Positions 1-8,531 of a stretch of DNA of 32,000 bases are shown in pieces. The notes under the pieces were generated by a model. It was not told where the DNA came from, ran no database searches, and saw nothing but the letters and a program-made list of their open reading frames with translations. The stretch is from Archaeoglobus fulgidus DSM 4304 (lineage in GTDB: Archaea > Halobacteriota > Archaeoglobi > Archaeoglobales > Archaeoglobaceae): positions 300,001-332,000 of the forward strand of contig NC_000917.1 in the NCBI RefSeq assembly GCF_000008665.1, read 5' to 3'. Positions within the stretch are counted from its first letter, which is position 1. Every line of letters starts with the position of its first letter. The translations under genes and the position numbers were made by a program.

Positions 1-1730
1 CGGTCAGATTTCAGAACTTCGGTGAGATTTTCGATTCGGGGATTTACTACACGGGTTACGACTCCTACTACCACATGAGGCTTGTGGAGGTAATGGTAAA
101 GGAAAGTTTCCGCCCGGATTACGATTACTATATAAACTATCCCTTCGGGCTGAAAATAACCTGGCCCCCGCTCTTTGATTATATCCTTGCCTTCCCCGGC
201 ATGCTCTTCGGTTTTCATTCGTCGGAAATCTTCGCCGTCTTCCTTCCCGTCATCCTTGGCGTTTTGTCTGTTGTGCTAATTTGCCTCACAGCCCTTCAGA
301 TTGTAAACAATCAGACCTTTGCTTTAATCTCGGCCTTCATCTATGCCGCAGCACCGGTGGCAGTGTGGAAGACAGTTCTTGGGCAGGCCGACCATCACGC
401 TTTGGTAATCTTTCTCTTTTTGCTATCAGCGTACCTTCTGCTTAAGGATGGTGTCTGGAAGATTCTAGCTGGACTTCCAATGCTTTTTATGGCTCTTGCC
501 TGGCTCGGTTCACCGATATATGGAGCATTGCTGGCATTTTCAGCACTTGTTCACTTTGACAGAAAAGCGCTGAGACTTGTAGCAGCCTCATACCTTATTC
601 CAGCAATCTCCTTCGTTCTGTATCCTCCAGTTGGTATATCATTTTTCGGACTTGCCGCCTTTCTTTTCGTTGGTAGTGTAGTAAAGGGTTACGAGGACAG
701 ATTTAGAAACGCCACGATCTACTACATAGCATTATCGCTTGCCACCGTTCTTATTATCTACTTTATTCCCCTCCCACACTTCGAATTCGTGAAGGGAGGC
801 ATCAACTACATCTTTGGGGCCAACATATACCTTCCAACCATAAGCGAGGCGAGGTCTCTACAAATTTTTGAAATCATATCAGCTTCAGGTTACATCTACT
901 TCATTTTCGCTCTGATTTCGGTTTTGTTTTTTAGAAACAGGTTTGTACTCTCGATGTTCTTCCTGTCCTTCATTCTTGCTCTGATGCAGCTCAGGTTTAC
1001 GGAAGTTCTTGTGGTGCCGTCGGCACTGCTATCTGCCTACTTGGTTAGCTTAGTTCTCGAAAGGCTGGAATATCCTGTTTTCGAAAAGGCTGATGAGGAG
1101 GAAAAGAGTAGAAGGAGGAAAAGAAAGGACAGAAAAGTCAAGCAGAAAAATGCGGAGGTAGAGTGGAAGGATCATGCTGTTGTTGCAGCATTCCTCGTAA
1201 TCCTCGCCATACCGTGTATAGTCGTTGCCGTAGTCCCCTTCGACCTCACCGAAGACTGGAAAGAAGCTCTCGAATGGATGAGAACTTCGCTGGAAGAGCA
1301 GAACTACCTGAACCCCTACGAAAAGCCTGAGTATTCTGTAATGAGCTGGTGGGACTACGGTAACTGGATTCTCTACGTTTCAAAAAAGGCTGTGGTCTGC
1401 AACAACTTTCAGGCAGGGGCTGTTGATGCGGCTAAGTTCTTTACTGCAAAAAGCGAGGATGAAGCCATTAAAATTGCAAAGAAACGTGGTGTGAGGTACG
1501 TTGTTACCGCCGATGAGATTACGATGAAGGACGCTAACAACACTAAGTTCCCCGCAATCATGCGGATCGCTGGCTACAATGTGGATTTGATGACTGAAGG
1601 TGAAATCCTTAACTTCTTCAACCATACCGTGCTTTACAGGCTCCACATGGAGAACGCCGAAAACCTGACCCACTTCAGGCTGGTAAAGGAATTCGGCGAT
1701 GTTAAGATTTTTGAGGTTGTGGGTAGCTAA
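1..1730 (+). CDS. aglB: Archaeal oligosaccharyltransferase AglB (STT3 family), 5'-partial (open to window edge)
   Basis: The frame of ORF 75..1730 stays open back to nt 3 (..GYDSYYHMR, the first-loop acidic motif of STT3/AglB). It has many hydrophobic segments, the catalytic WWDYG motif (SVMSWWDYGNW), and then a soluble C-terminal domain. Confidence 0.9.
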   Translation, partial: VRFQNFGEIFDSGIYYTGYDSYYHMRLVEVMVKESFRPDYDYYINYPFGLKITWPPLFDYILAFPGMLFGFHSSEIFAVFLPVILGVLSVVLICLTALQIVNNQTFALISAFIYAAAPVAVWKTVLGQADHHALVIFLFLLSAYLLLKDGVWKILAGLPMLFMALAWLGSPIYGALLAFSALVHFDRKALRLVAASYLIPAISFVLYPPVGISFFGLAAFLFVGSVVKGYEDRFRNATIYYIALSLATVLIIYFIPLPHFEFVKGGINYIFGANIYLPTISEARSLQIFEIISASGYIYFIFALISVLFFRNRFVLSMFFLSFILALMQLRFTEVLVVPSALLSAYLVSLVLERLEYPVFEKADEEEKSRRRKRKDRKVKQKNAEVEWKDHAVVAAFLVILAIPCIVVAVVPFDLTEDWKEALEWMRTSLEEQNYLNPYEKPEYSVMSWWDYGNWILYVSKKAVVCNNFQAGAVDAAKFFTAKSEDEAIKIAKKRGVRYVVTADEITMKDANNTKFPAIMRIAGYNVDLMTEGEILNFFNHTVLYRLHMENAENLTHFRLVKEFGDVKIFEVVGS

Positions 1731-2209
1731 TACCTGATTTTCGATGCACACTCCCTGCAGAAGCTAACCGGCTTTCTGTCAACATCCTGAACTGAGTTTG
1801 AAAACCGCATAACGCAGTTGTTACTGCAGTGCTTCAAACCAAGAACGTGGCCGATCTCGTGCACAGCCTCCTTGACAACCCTCTCCCTGTAAAGCTCGCT
1901 GTCCGCTGTTGTGAGGCGGAAAACTGATAGCACGGCCCTCGCCCCTCCGAGTTCTGCCTCGCCAAAAACGAAGTTCATTCCTTTGGCGTAGATATCCTTA
2001 CCCGTCACACCCAAGGTAACTTTAATCGGGGGGAGCATCCTCAGGATGCACGTTGAGTTGTACTGTCTTCTGGAGGCGTTGTAGCACTTAAGGCTAACAT
2101 CTGATGCCGGAAGCACAAAAACCTCGGCGTTGAAAATTTTCGGGAGGGAGTTTGCGAGTACCTCAACCGTGTGGCTGTTCACCGAAAGAGGCTGGATGTA
2201 TATCTTCAT
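1727..2209 (-). CDS. amzA: Archaemetzincin (zinc metalloprotease, AmzA family)
   Basis: Carries the HEIGHVLGLKHC motif (HExxHxxGxxHC) plus downstream Cys pairs (CSNNC, FCRECA). Its ATG overlaps the TGA of the upstream TraB gene (ATGA). Confidence 0.9.
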   Translation of the reverse strand: MKIYIQPLSVNSHTVEVLANSLPKIFNAEVFVLPASDVSLKCYNASRRQYNSTCILRMLPPIKVTLGVTGKDIYAKGMNFVFGEAELGGARAVLSVFRLTTADSELYRERVVKEAVHEIGHVLGLKHCSNNCVMRFSNSVQDVDRKPVSFCRECASKIRY

Positions 2210-3396
2210 AGGAGCCCTCCTATTACCTCAACAACCCTCTCCCCCACAACCTTTGCAACGTCCACACCGAAGGTGGAGATGATGTACCACCCGCCGTAAA
2301 TTGTTCCTATCATGCTCCCGACATTCGTTAAAGCGGCAACGAGGAGCACGCGGAAGAACTTGTTCTGCATCATCTCCCTAAGGCTTTCCGCCTCAACGAG
2401 CTTTGAGAAATCCTCAACCGTCGGTTTCCTAATCCATGCTTCCACTAGGCCCGAAACCCAGCCGGCAGCAACAAGCGGATTAAGGGAAGTCATCCAGGCG
2501 CACAGAAATGCCGTTACTATGGACAAAGGATGCCCCCTCGCCAGCGAAGCGCCTACTGCAGAGAGCACTCCGTTAATTAAGAACCAGTAAAGAAACGCCT
2601 GAACTAGAACTTCCGTGTTGAGCGACGTGGCTATGAGGATAAAGGTTCCAACAATCAGGGCAGTAAAGGCCCCCATGAAAATTTTGAAGTAGCTTCTACC
2701 CTTCTTCACCTCCTCAAGCTCCCTCAAATTTACGGGATTTTCCTTGAGTTTCAGCAGAGCCTCCTCGATCCCCTTCCTGTGGCCAGCACCAACAACGGCT
2801 ACAATTCTGTTGTATCTGGACAGAGCGTTGAGCAGGTTGGCGGCCATGTAAACATCCCTCTCGTCGATCAGAACTTTTGCAGCGTTGGGGGATATCTTTC
2901 TGAACTCCTTTACCAGCATGTCAAGAACGTCCTCTTCAAGCATCTCATCGACCTCTATCTCATCCCCGCTGAAGGTGCTTCTTACGAGGTGAAAAATGAG
3001 CTTTATTTTCTCCACGAACGTCAGCTTCTGCCAGAAGCGCGTGAAGGTAAGGCCAATATCTCTGTCTATGAGCAGCACATCTGCTCCTGCTTCCCTTGCC
3101 TTCTCAATTGCTGCAAGCATCTCGCTGCCCGGCTTCACTCCAGTCTCCTCTCCAACCTTCCTCTGAAAGTATGCAAGAATGAGCTGAAAGAGGAGCATGA
3201 AAACGTTGCCCTTCCTTATCACATCAGCTACCGAAATCTCCTCCCTCTGCCCGTGGACGAGGGCGTGATACCTTCTCGGACAGAGCTCAACCGCAACCGC
3301 ATCGGGCTTTTCCCTTTCAATAACCTCCGCGACCTCTTCAACGCTTCTCTTGGAAACGTGTGCTGTGCCTACTATGACGAGCCTCTTTTCCTCCAA
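2206..3396 (-). CDS. TraB/PrgY (Tiki-like) family protein with C-terminal membrane domain
   Basis: N-terminal VIVGTAHVS and later VVGAGHRKGI motifs are typical of the TraB family. The C-terminal ~170 aa contain about four hydrophobic helices. Confidence 0.8.
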   Translation of the reverse strand: MEEKRLVIVGTAHVSKRSVEEVAEVIEREKPDAVAVELCPRRYHALVHGQREEISVADVIRKGNVFMLLFQLILAYFQRKVGEETGVKPGSEMLAAIEKAREAGADVLLIDRDIGLTFTRFWQKLTFVEKIKLIFHLVRSTFSGDEIEVDEMLEEDVLDMLVKEFRKISPNAAKVLIDERDVYMAANLLNALSRYNRIVAVVGAGHRKGIEEALLKLKENPVNLRELEEVKKGRSYFKIFMGAFTALIVGTFILIATSLNTEVLVQAFLYWFLINGVLSAVGASLARGHPLSIVTAFLCAWMTSLNPLVAAGWVSGLVEAWIRKPTVEDFSKLVEAESLREMMQNKFFRVLLVAALTNVGSMIGTIYGGWYIISTFGVDVAKVVGERVVEVIGGLL

Positions 3397-4460
3397 CCCA
3401 TCACCTCCAGAGCCTCAAGAATCTCCTTGATTCTCATTAAGTCGCTCCTTGACACGATTCCGACAACTCTGCCGTGCTCAACCACCGGCAGCCTCCCGAT
3501 CCCCATCTCGCTCATAATCTTGAAAGCTTCAAAGGCCGATTGGTTTGGTGAGACCGCAACAACCTCTCTGCTCATAATGTTGCCAACCCTCTCCTCGGGC
3601 TCAACCCCGATTATGTCGTGGAGAGTGATAATCCCCACAAGCCTTTCTCCTTCAACAACTGGAAATCCGAGATGCTTTGTTTTCAGAATCAAATCAATCA
3701 CTTCCGAGACCGTCATCTCCGGGGTTACAGTAACAACCTCTGTGTTCATAACATCAGCCACCCTAACCCTTCCGAGCACGTTCTCAAGCAGCACGAGCCT
3801 CTCCTCCTCGTTGGCTCCGATGTAAACAAAGAGTGCTATGAGTATCAGCCACGGATTCGTGAATATCCCGAAGATTGCCATAAATATCGCCAGCGCCCTT
3901 CCGATCTCCGCGGCAATCTTTGTAGCTTCGGCGTAACTCCTCTTCTCAGCCAAAAAGCTCCTCAAAATTCTACCTCCATCCATCGGGAAGGCGGGAATCA
4001 GGTTGAAGATGGCAAGAATGAAGTTGAGGTAGCCGAAAAGCAGAAAGAAGGCGCTGAGCTCGGCAACGGGAATTGACGAGAGGAGAGCGGAGACAACGGC
4101 AATTCCGAAGCTCGTTGCGGGGCCGGATATGGCAACCACAAGCTCCTCTCGCGGCTTTTTCGGCAGCTCATCCATCATCGCAACCCCACCGAAGATGAAG
4201 AGCATTATTCCCCTTATCCTGACACCGTATCTCCTCGCAACGAGAGAGTGGCCGAGCTCATGCGCGAGAATTGAAGCGAAAAGTCCCACCGCAGCCATGC
4301 TTGATAAAATTATCCTCTCAGACAAAGGAAAATTTGCAAAGCCGTAGGGGAACGGAGAAACTGAGAAGGCGTATATGAGAAGAACAAGCAGGATTAGAAG
4401 GCTTATGTGCACCTCCACATCAATTCCGAAGACTCTGAAAATTTTGAAGGACGCTCGCAT
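3372..4460 (-). CDS. Site-2 protease (peptidase M50) with tandem CBS domains
   Basis: Has HELGH zinc motif in a TM helix, the second S2P motif FNLIPAFPMDGG, and a C-terminal CBS pair (VMNTEVVTV.., IMSREVVAV..). Confidence 0.85.
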   Translation of the reverse strand: MRASFKIFRVFGIDVEVHISLLILLVLLIYAFSVSPFPYGFANFPLSERIILSSMAAVGLFASILAHELGHSLVARRYGVRIRGIMLFIFGGVAMMDELPKKPREELVVAISGPATSFGIAVVSALLSSIPVAELSAFFLLFGYLNFILAIFNLIPAFPMDGGRILRSFLAEKRSYAEATKIAAEIGRALAIFMAIFGIFTNPWLILIALFVYIGANEEERLVLLENVLGRVRVADVMNTEVVTVTPEMTVSEVIDLILKTKHLGFPVVEGERLVGIITLHDIIGVEPEERVGNIMSREVVAVSPNQSAFEAFKIMSEMGIGRLPVVEHGRVVGIVSRSDLMRIKEILEALEVMGWRKRGSS

Positions 4461-4480
4461 AAATAGTGATTACAGGTGCT

Positions 4481-4488
4481 TTTATAAA
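4481..4488 (-). promoter_or_regulatory. Putative TATA box (TTTATAAA, self-complementary) for the S2P-TraB-AmzA operon
   Basis: Lies 21-28 nt upstream of the ATG at 4460, with leaderless-type spacing. Confidence 0.4.
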
Positions 4489-4591
4489 TACCTAACCTCA
4501 GTTGACATTCTGTGAACTTGCTTTGGAGTTAGATTCAAAAAATCGGAAAATTTTTTATTTTTTCAAAAGTAAAGTTTGAAGGGTGGAAGGC

Positions 4592-6085
4592 ATGATGAAC
4601 GGAAAGGAGTACATTGAGAGTTTGAGAAAGCTGAAGCCAAAGGTCTATTTCATGGGGAGGAAGATCGATAGCGTTGCTGACGATCCCATCACCGCTCCGC
4701 ATGTGAATGCTGCTGCAATGACCTACGAACTCGCTAACGATCCGAGATACGAGGATGTGATGACCGCTACTTCCCACCTAACTGGGGAGAAGATAAACAG
4801 GTTCACCCACATTCACCAGAGCACGGAGGATTTGGTCAAGAAGGTAAGGATGATGCGGCTGCTCGGCAGAAAGACAGGAAGCTGCTTTCAGCGCTGCGTG
4901 GGGCTTGATGCTCTCTGCGCTCTTTACATAACAACCTACGACGTTGACAGGAAATACGGAACCGACTACCACGAGAGGTTCAAGGATTACCTGATTCATG
5001 TTCAGAAAAACGATTTGATGGCGGCGGGAGCCATGACGGATGTTAAGGGCGACAGGAGCCTCAGGCCGCACCAGCAGGCAGACCCGGACGTGTATGTGAG
5101 GGTTGTTGAAAGGAGGGAAGACGGGATTGTTGTGAGAGGCGCCAAGGCGCACATTACCGGTGCGGTAAACTCTCACGAGATCATAGCACTGCCAACAAGA
5201 GCCATGGGGGAAGAGGATAAGGACTACGCCGTGGCGTTTGCCGTTCCGGTAGATGCAGAGGGAGTGGTGATGATTTTCGGAAGGCAGACAAATGACGTGC
5301 GAAGGCTGGACGGGGACATCGACTGTGGGAATGCTAAATATGCCACGGTTGGCGGAGAGGCTTTGATAATCTTCAACGACGTGTTCGTGCCGTGGGAGAG
5401 AGTTTTCATGTGCGGGGAGTACGATTTTGCGTCGGAGCTTGTTGAAACCTTCGCAACATATCACAGGCAGAACTACGGAGGCTGCAAGGTTGGAGTTGCG
5501 GATGTGCTGATCGGAGCTTCGGCAGCTATTGCCGAGTACAACGGCGTTGAAAGGGCTTCGCACATCGTGGACAAGCTGACTGAAATGGTTCATTTGGCAG
5601 AAACTTGCTGGTGCTGCTCCCTCGCGTGCTCCTACGAGGGCTTCAAAACTCCCTCTGGAGCCTACATGCCGAACCTGCTTTTGGCCAACGTCACGAAGCT
5701 CAACATAACCCGCTTCCCCTACGAGTGGTCGAGGCTGGCTCAGGACATCGTTGGCGGTTTGGTGGCGACAACACCGTCCGAGCTTGACTACAAGAATCCC
5801 GAAACAAGAGATTTGATTGAGAAGTACCTCAAAGGAAAGGCCGACGTACCGACCGAGCACAGGGTCAGGATGATAAGGCTGATCGAGAACCTGTCAATCG
5901 GGGCTGAGCTGCCGGAGTCTATGCACGGAGCAGGCTCGCCAGCCGCGCAGAAGATAATGATTGCGAGAAGGGCGAACATCGACGTGAAGAAGGAAGAGGC
6001 AAAGAGAGTTGCGGGGATTCTTCCAGATGAGGACTACTTGAGGGTGAGAGGGTTCAAGAGAGAAGGGGATGAAGGTCGGAGTTAA
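4592..6085 (+). CDS. abfD: 4-hydroxybutyryl-CoA dehydratase / vinylacetyl-CoA isomerase-like flavoprotein (AbfD/HpaB family)
   Basis: The family fold is recognisable. SCFQRC (CxxxC) and YHRQNYGGC (H-x6-C) match the remembered [4Fe-4S] ligand pattern of AbfD. The ORF track starts at GTG 4583, but ATG 4592 is preceded by GGTGGAAGG (SD-like). Confidence 0.8.
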   Translation: MMNGKEYIESLRKLKPKVYFMGRKIDSVADDPITAPHVNAAAMTYELANDPRYEDVMTATSHLTGEKINRFTHIHQSTEDLVKKVRMMRLLGRKTGSCFQRCVGLDALCALYITTYDVDRKYGTDYHERFKDYLIHVQKNDLMAAGAMTDVKGDRSLRPHQQADPDVYVRVVERREDGIVVRGAKAHITGAVNSHEIIALPTRAMGEEDKDYAVAFAVPVDAEGVVMIFGRQTNDVRRLDGDIDCGNAKYATVGGEALIIFNDVFVPWERVFMCGEYDFASELVETFATYHRQNYGGCKVGVADVLIGASAAIAEYNGVERASHIVDKLTEMVHLAETCWCCSLACSYEGFKTPSGAYMPNLLLANVTKLNITRFPYEWSRLAQDIVGGLVATTPSELDYKNPETRDLIEKYLKGKADVPTEHRVRMIRLIENLSIGAELPESMHGAGSPAAQKIMIARRANIDVKKEEAKRVAGILPDEDYLRVRGFKREGDEGRS

Positions 6086-6314
6086 GTACTGCGGTGGATG
6101 CAACCCCGAGTACAGGCGGGAGGATGTTGAGGATGTGCTGAGAAAGCACTTCACAATTTTTTACTCGGAGGATGCTGACGTTCTCGTTTTGATTAACGGC
6201 TGCAAGAAAGCCTGTTTGCTTGAGGAAGTGAATCATCCAAAAGTCGTGAGCGTTGATTCTCCGGTGAGTGAGGAGGAGCTGCTGAGAAGAGTTCTCAAGG
6301 CCATGAGAGGTTAG
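6069..6314 (+). CDS. Small (81 aa) 4-Cys protein of unknown function, translationally coupled to abfD
   Basis: Overlaps the abfD 3' end by 17 nt. Carries CGGC at residues 8-11 and CKKAC at 45-49. Confidence 0.6.
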   Translation: MKVGVKYCGGCNPEYRREDVEDVLRKHFTIFYSEDADVLVLINGCKKACLLEEVNHPKVVSVDSPVSEEELLRRVLKAMRG

Positions 6315-6337
6315 CTCCGCACACCATTTGTGCGGAG
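6315..6337 (+). repeat. Perfect 8-bp stem hairpin (CTCCGCAC-N7-GTGCGGAG) immediately after the stop codon
   Basis: The inverted repeat was read directly from the sequence. It is extendable to 10 bp with A-U and G-U pairs. No oligo-T tract follows. Confidence 0.5.
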
Positions 6338-6374
6338 TTAGGGAAAGGAAGCACAGGCAGCCAAGCAGAAAAAA

Positions 6375-6382
6375 TTAAATAT
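6375..6382 (+). promoter_or_regulatory. Putative TATA box (TTAAATAT) for PCNA
   Basis: Lies 24-31 nt upstream of ATG 6406 and is preceded by an A-rich BRE-like tract. Confidence 0.4.
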
Positions 6383-6405
6383 TAACACGTCTAAAAAAAG
6401 CTGAG

Positions 6406-7143
6406 ATGATAGACGTCATAATGACCGGAGAGTTGTTGAAGACCGTAACGAGGGCTATAGTTGCGCTGGTCAGCGAGGCGAGAATACACTTCCTAGAAAA
6501 GGGATTGCATTCGAGAGCCGTTGACCCCGCAAACGTTGCGATGGTCATAGTTGACATCCCGAAAGACAGCTTTGAGGTTTACAACATAGATGAGGAGAAA
6601 ACCATAGGAGTGGACATGGACAGGATTTTCGACATAAGCAAGTCAATCTCGACCAAAGACCTCGTTGAGCTGATCGTTGAGGATGAGAGCACGCTGAAGG
6701 TAAAGTTCGGAAGCGTGGAGTACAAGGTGGCGCTGATAGACCCCTCCGCAATAAGGAAAGAGCCGAGAATTCCCGAGCTGGAGCTGCCAGCGAAGATTGT
6801 TATGGATGCGGGGGAGTTCAAGAAGGCAATTGCGGCTGCAGACAAAATCAGCGACCAGGTGATTTTCAGGTCAGACAAGGAGGGCTTCAGGATTGAGGCG
6901 AAGGGGGATGTTGACAGCATCGTTTTCCACATGACGGAAACTGAGCTGATAGAGTTCAACGGAGGGGAAGCAAGGAGCATGTTCAGCGTTGACTACCTCA
7001 AGGAGTTCTGCAAGGTTGCGGGAAGCGGTGATTTGCTCACGATTCACCTCGGAACCAACTATCCAGTCAGGCTGGTTTTTGAGCTTGTTGGCGGCAGGGC
7101 AAAGGTCGAGTACATCCTGGCTCCGCGCATAGAGTCGGAGTGA
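6406..7143 (+). CDS. pcn: DNA polymerase sliding clamp PCNA
   Basis: The 245-aa length and conserved archaeal PCNA blocks fit (SRAVDPANVAMVIVDIP, RSMFSVDYLKEF, NYPVRLVFE). Confidence 0.92.
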   Translation: MIDVIMTGELLKTVTRAIVALVSEARIHFLEKGLHSRAVDPANVAMVIVDIPKDSFEVYNIDEEKTIGVDMDRIFDISKSISTKDLVELIVEDESTLKVKFGSVEYKVALIDPSAIRKEPRIPELELPAKIVMDAGEFKKAIAAADKISDQVIFRSDKEGFRIEAKGDVDSIVFHMTETELIEFNGGEARSMFSVDYLKEFCKVAGSGDLLTIHLGTNYPVRLVFELVGGRAKVEYILAPRIESE

Positions 7144-7146
7144 TTG

Positions 7147-8259
7147 ATGAAATACCTACCCCTTTACCCAATTTTGGCTCGCTATCCCTTTCTGAGAATT
7201 GCCTCACGCGTTTTCTCATTCAACATCGAGGATGAGCTTAGAAAGTTTCTGGATACTGTTGAAGCCGCAAAGAGGATTGTTGACAAGGCAATTGACGGCA
7301 GGGTGGAGTACGACAGGTTCACAGATGAGTCGGAGTTCTTCTGTCTTGGCTGTGAGGAGAACTGCTATGATTGCCAGAAAAGGGGAACGCTTGAAGGTTG
7401 CGACCTTTGTATGGGCTGTTTCGAAAACTGCTCGCTCTACTACCCCCGTGAAGCGGTTGAGAGGTTCTACACAAACGCCAAGCTCTCCCTCTTGACGTAC
7501 ATCGCATCCAGAATGATTGTTTCGGCGATGGAGGACTGGGTGAGGATGAGGTACGCTGTTAACGAGGCGAGCTATTACTCAAGGCTGTTGAGGGAAGATG
7601 TAGAAGAGAGCGGTAAAGAGCCGATAGTCAGGCTTGTGGCGATAGACCTCGGTGCGAAGCTTAAAGGCTGGAAAATGCACGTTTCAACCTTTGTTAGAGT
7701 TTCCGCGAGAATTAAGGATGACAAGTGGAGGCTCGTGAACAGAAAGCTGAGAAACGGTTGGGTTGAGACCACCAAAGCCGAGGTTTTAAGGGGGCTGGAG
7801 GAGCTACTGAGAATGAAGCTTTTCGAGAAGGTTCCGGTGAGCGAGGCGGTGAGCGAGGCAGTGAGGGAGCTTTCAAGGAAGGCGAAGAGGGAGTCGGAGA
7901 AGTTTGCAATGGACTTGGGGGAGGTTGACCTTAACTGCCTCCCTCCCTGCATGAGGGAAATTCTCTCAGAGCTTCAGAGGGGTATGAACATCCCCCATAC
8001 CGCAAGGTTTGCAATTACCTCCTTCCTCCTTAACATCGGAATGACCGTTGACGAAATAATAGCGCTGTTTAAGTCCGCACCTGACTTCGACGATGAAAAG
8101 ACGAGGTATCAGGTCGAGCACATCGCCGGAGAGAGGGGGAAGGGGGCTGAGTACACCTCCCCATCGTGCGACACAATGAGAACCTACAGCAACTGCGTTG
8201 CCGATTGCAGGGTTTCGCATCCCTTAATTTATTATAAAAAATGTAAATCGAAAAGTTGA
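7147..8259 (+). CDS. priL: DNA primase large subunit PriL
   Basis: C-terminal Fe-S domain cysteines are present (CLPPC, SPSCDTMRTYSNCVADC), and so is PHTARFAITSFL. The ORF track begins at TTG 7144, and ATG 7147 follows directly after the PCNA stop. Confidence 0.85.
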   Translation: MKYLPLYPILARYPFLRIASRVFSFNIEDELRKFLDTVEAAKRIVDKAIDGRVEYDRFTDESEFFCLGCEENCYDCQKRGTLEGCDLCMGCFENCSLYYPREAVERFYTNAKLSLLTYIASRMIVSAMEDWVRMRYAVNEASYYSRLLREDVEESGKEPIVRLVAIDLGAKLKGWKMHVSTFVRVSARIKDDKWRLVNRKLRNGWVETTKAEVLRGLEELLRMKLFEKVPVSEAVSEAVRELSRKAKRESEKFAMDLGEVDLNCLPPCMREILSELQRGMNIPHTARFAITSFLLNIGMTVDEIIALFKSAPDFDDEKTRYQVEHIAGERGKGAEYTSPSCDTMRTYSNCVADCRVSHPLIYYKKCKSKS

Positions 8260-8264
8260 AGGTT

Positions 8265-8483
8265 TTAAAGCTCCCTCAGAGCAAGCTTGATGTCATCCAC
8301 CTTTACCGTCTTTCTCCCAGCATGTTTTGCCAGCTCAGCAGCCTTTTTGCCAATTTGCATGGCGTATTCTTCTATGGCCTTCGCCAGTTCCACCTTTGCA
8401 TCCTCACTGACCCTTGAAGCTCCAGCCTTTCTCAGAAGCCTTTCCACAGGAGCAAGTGGAAGCTCCACCCTTAACACCTCCAT
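8265..8483 (-). CDS. Archaeal histone (HMf family)
   Basis: A 72-aa histone fold: [20 protein letters not shown]...[17 protein letters not shown]-type sequence. Confidence 0.92.
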   Translation of the reverse strand: MEVLRVELPLAPVERLLRKAGASRVSEDAKVELAKAIEEYAMQIGKKAAELAKHAGRKTVKVDDIKLALREL

Positions 8484-8523
8484 TCTGGTTCAGACTAACC
8501 AATGATTAATGTGCCAAAATCCT

Positions 8524-8531
8524 ATATAAAT
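8524..8531 (-). promoter_or_regulatory. Putative TATA box (TTTATATA on minus strand) for the histone gene
   Basis: The reverse complement of tatataaa lies 41-48 nt upstream of ATG 8483, with an A-rich BRE-side flank. Confidence 0.45.

Noticed and set aside
2779-3825. 348-aa ORF on the plus strand
   Set aside because: It is entirely antisense to the TraB and S2P genes, which carry clear family motifs. Its composition is Ser/Leu/Pro-rich and low-complexity, as is typical of a shadow frame.
4778-5860. 360-aa ORF on the minus strand
   Set aside because: It is antisense to abfD, is Arg/Ser/Pro/Val-rich and has no recognisable motif. It is a shadow ORF of a high-information coding strand.
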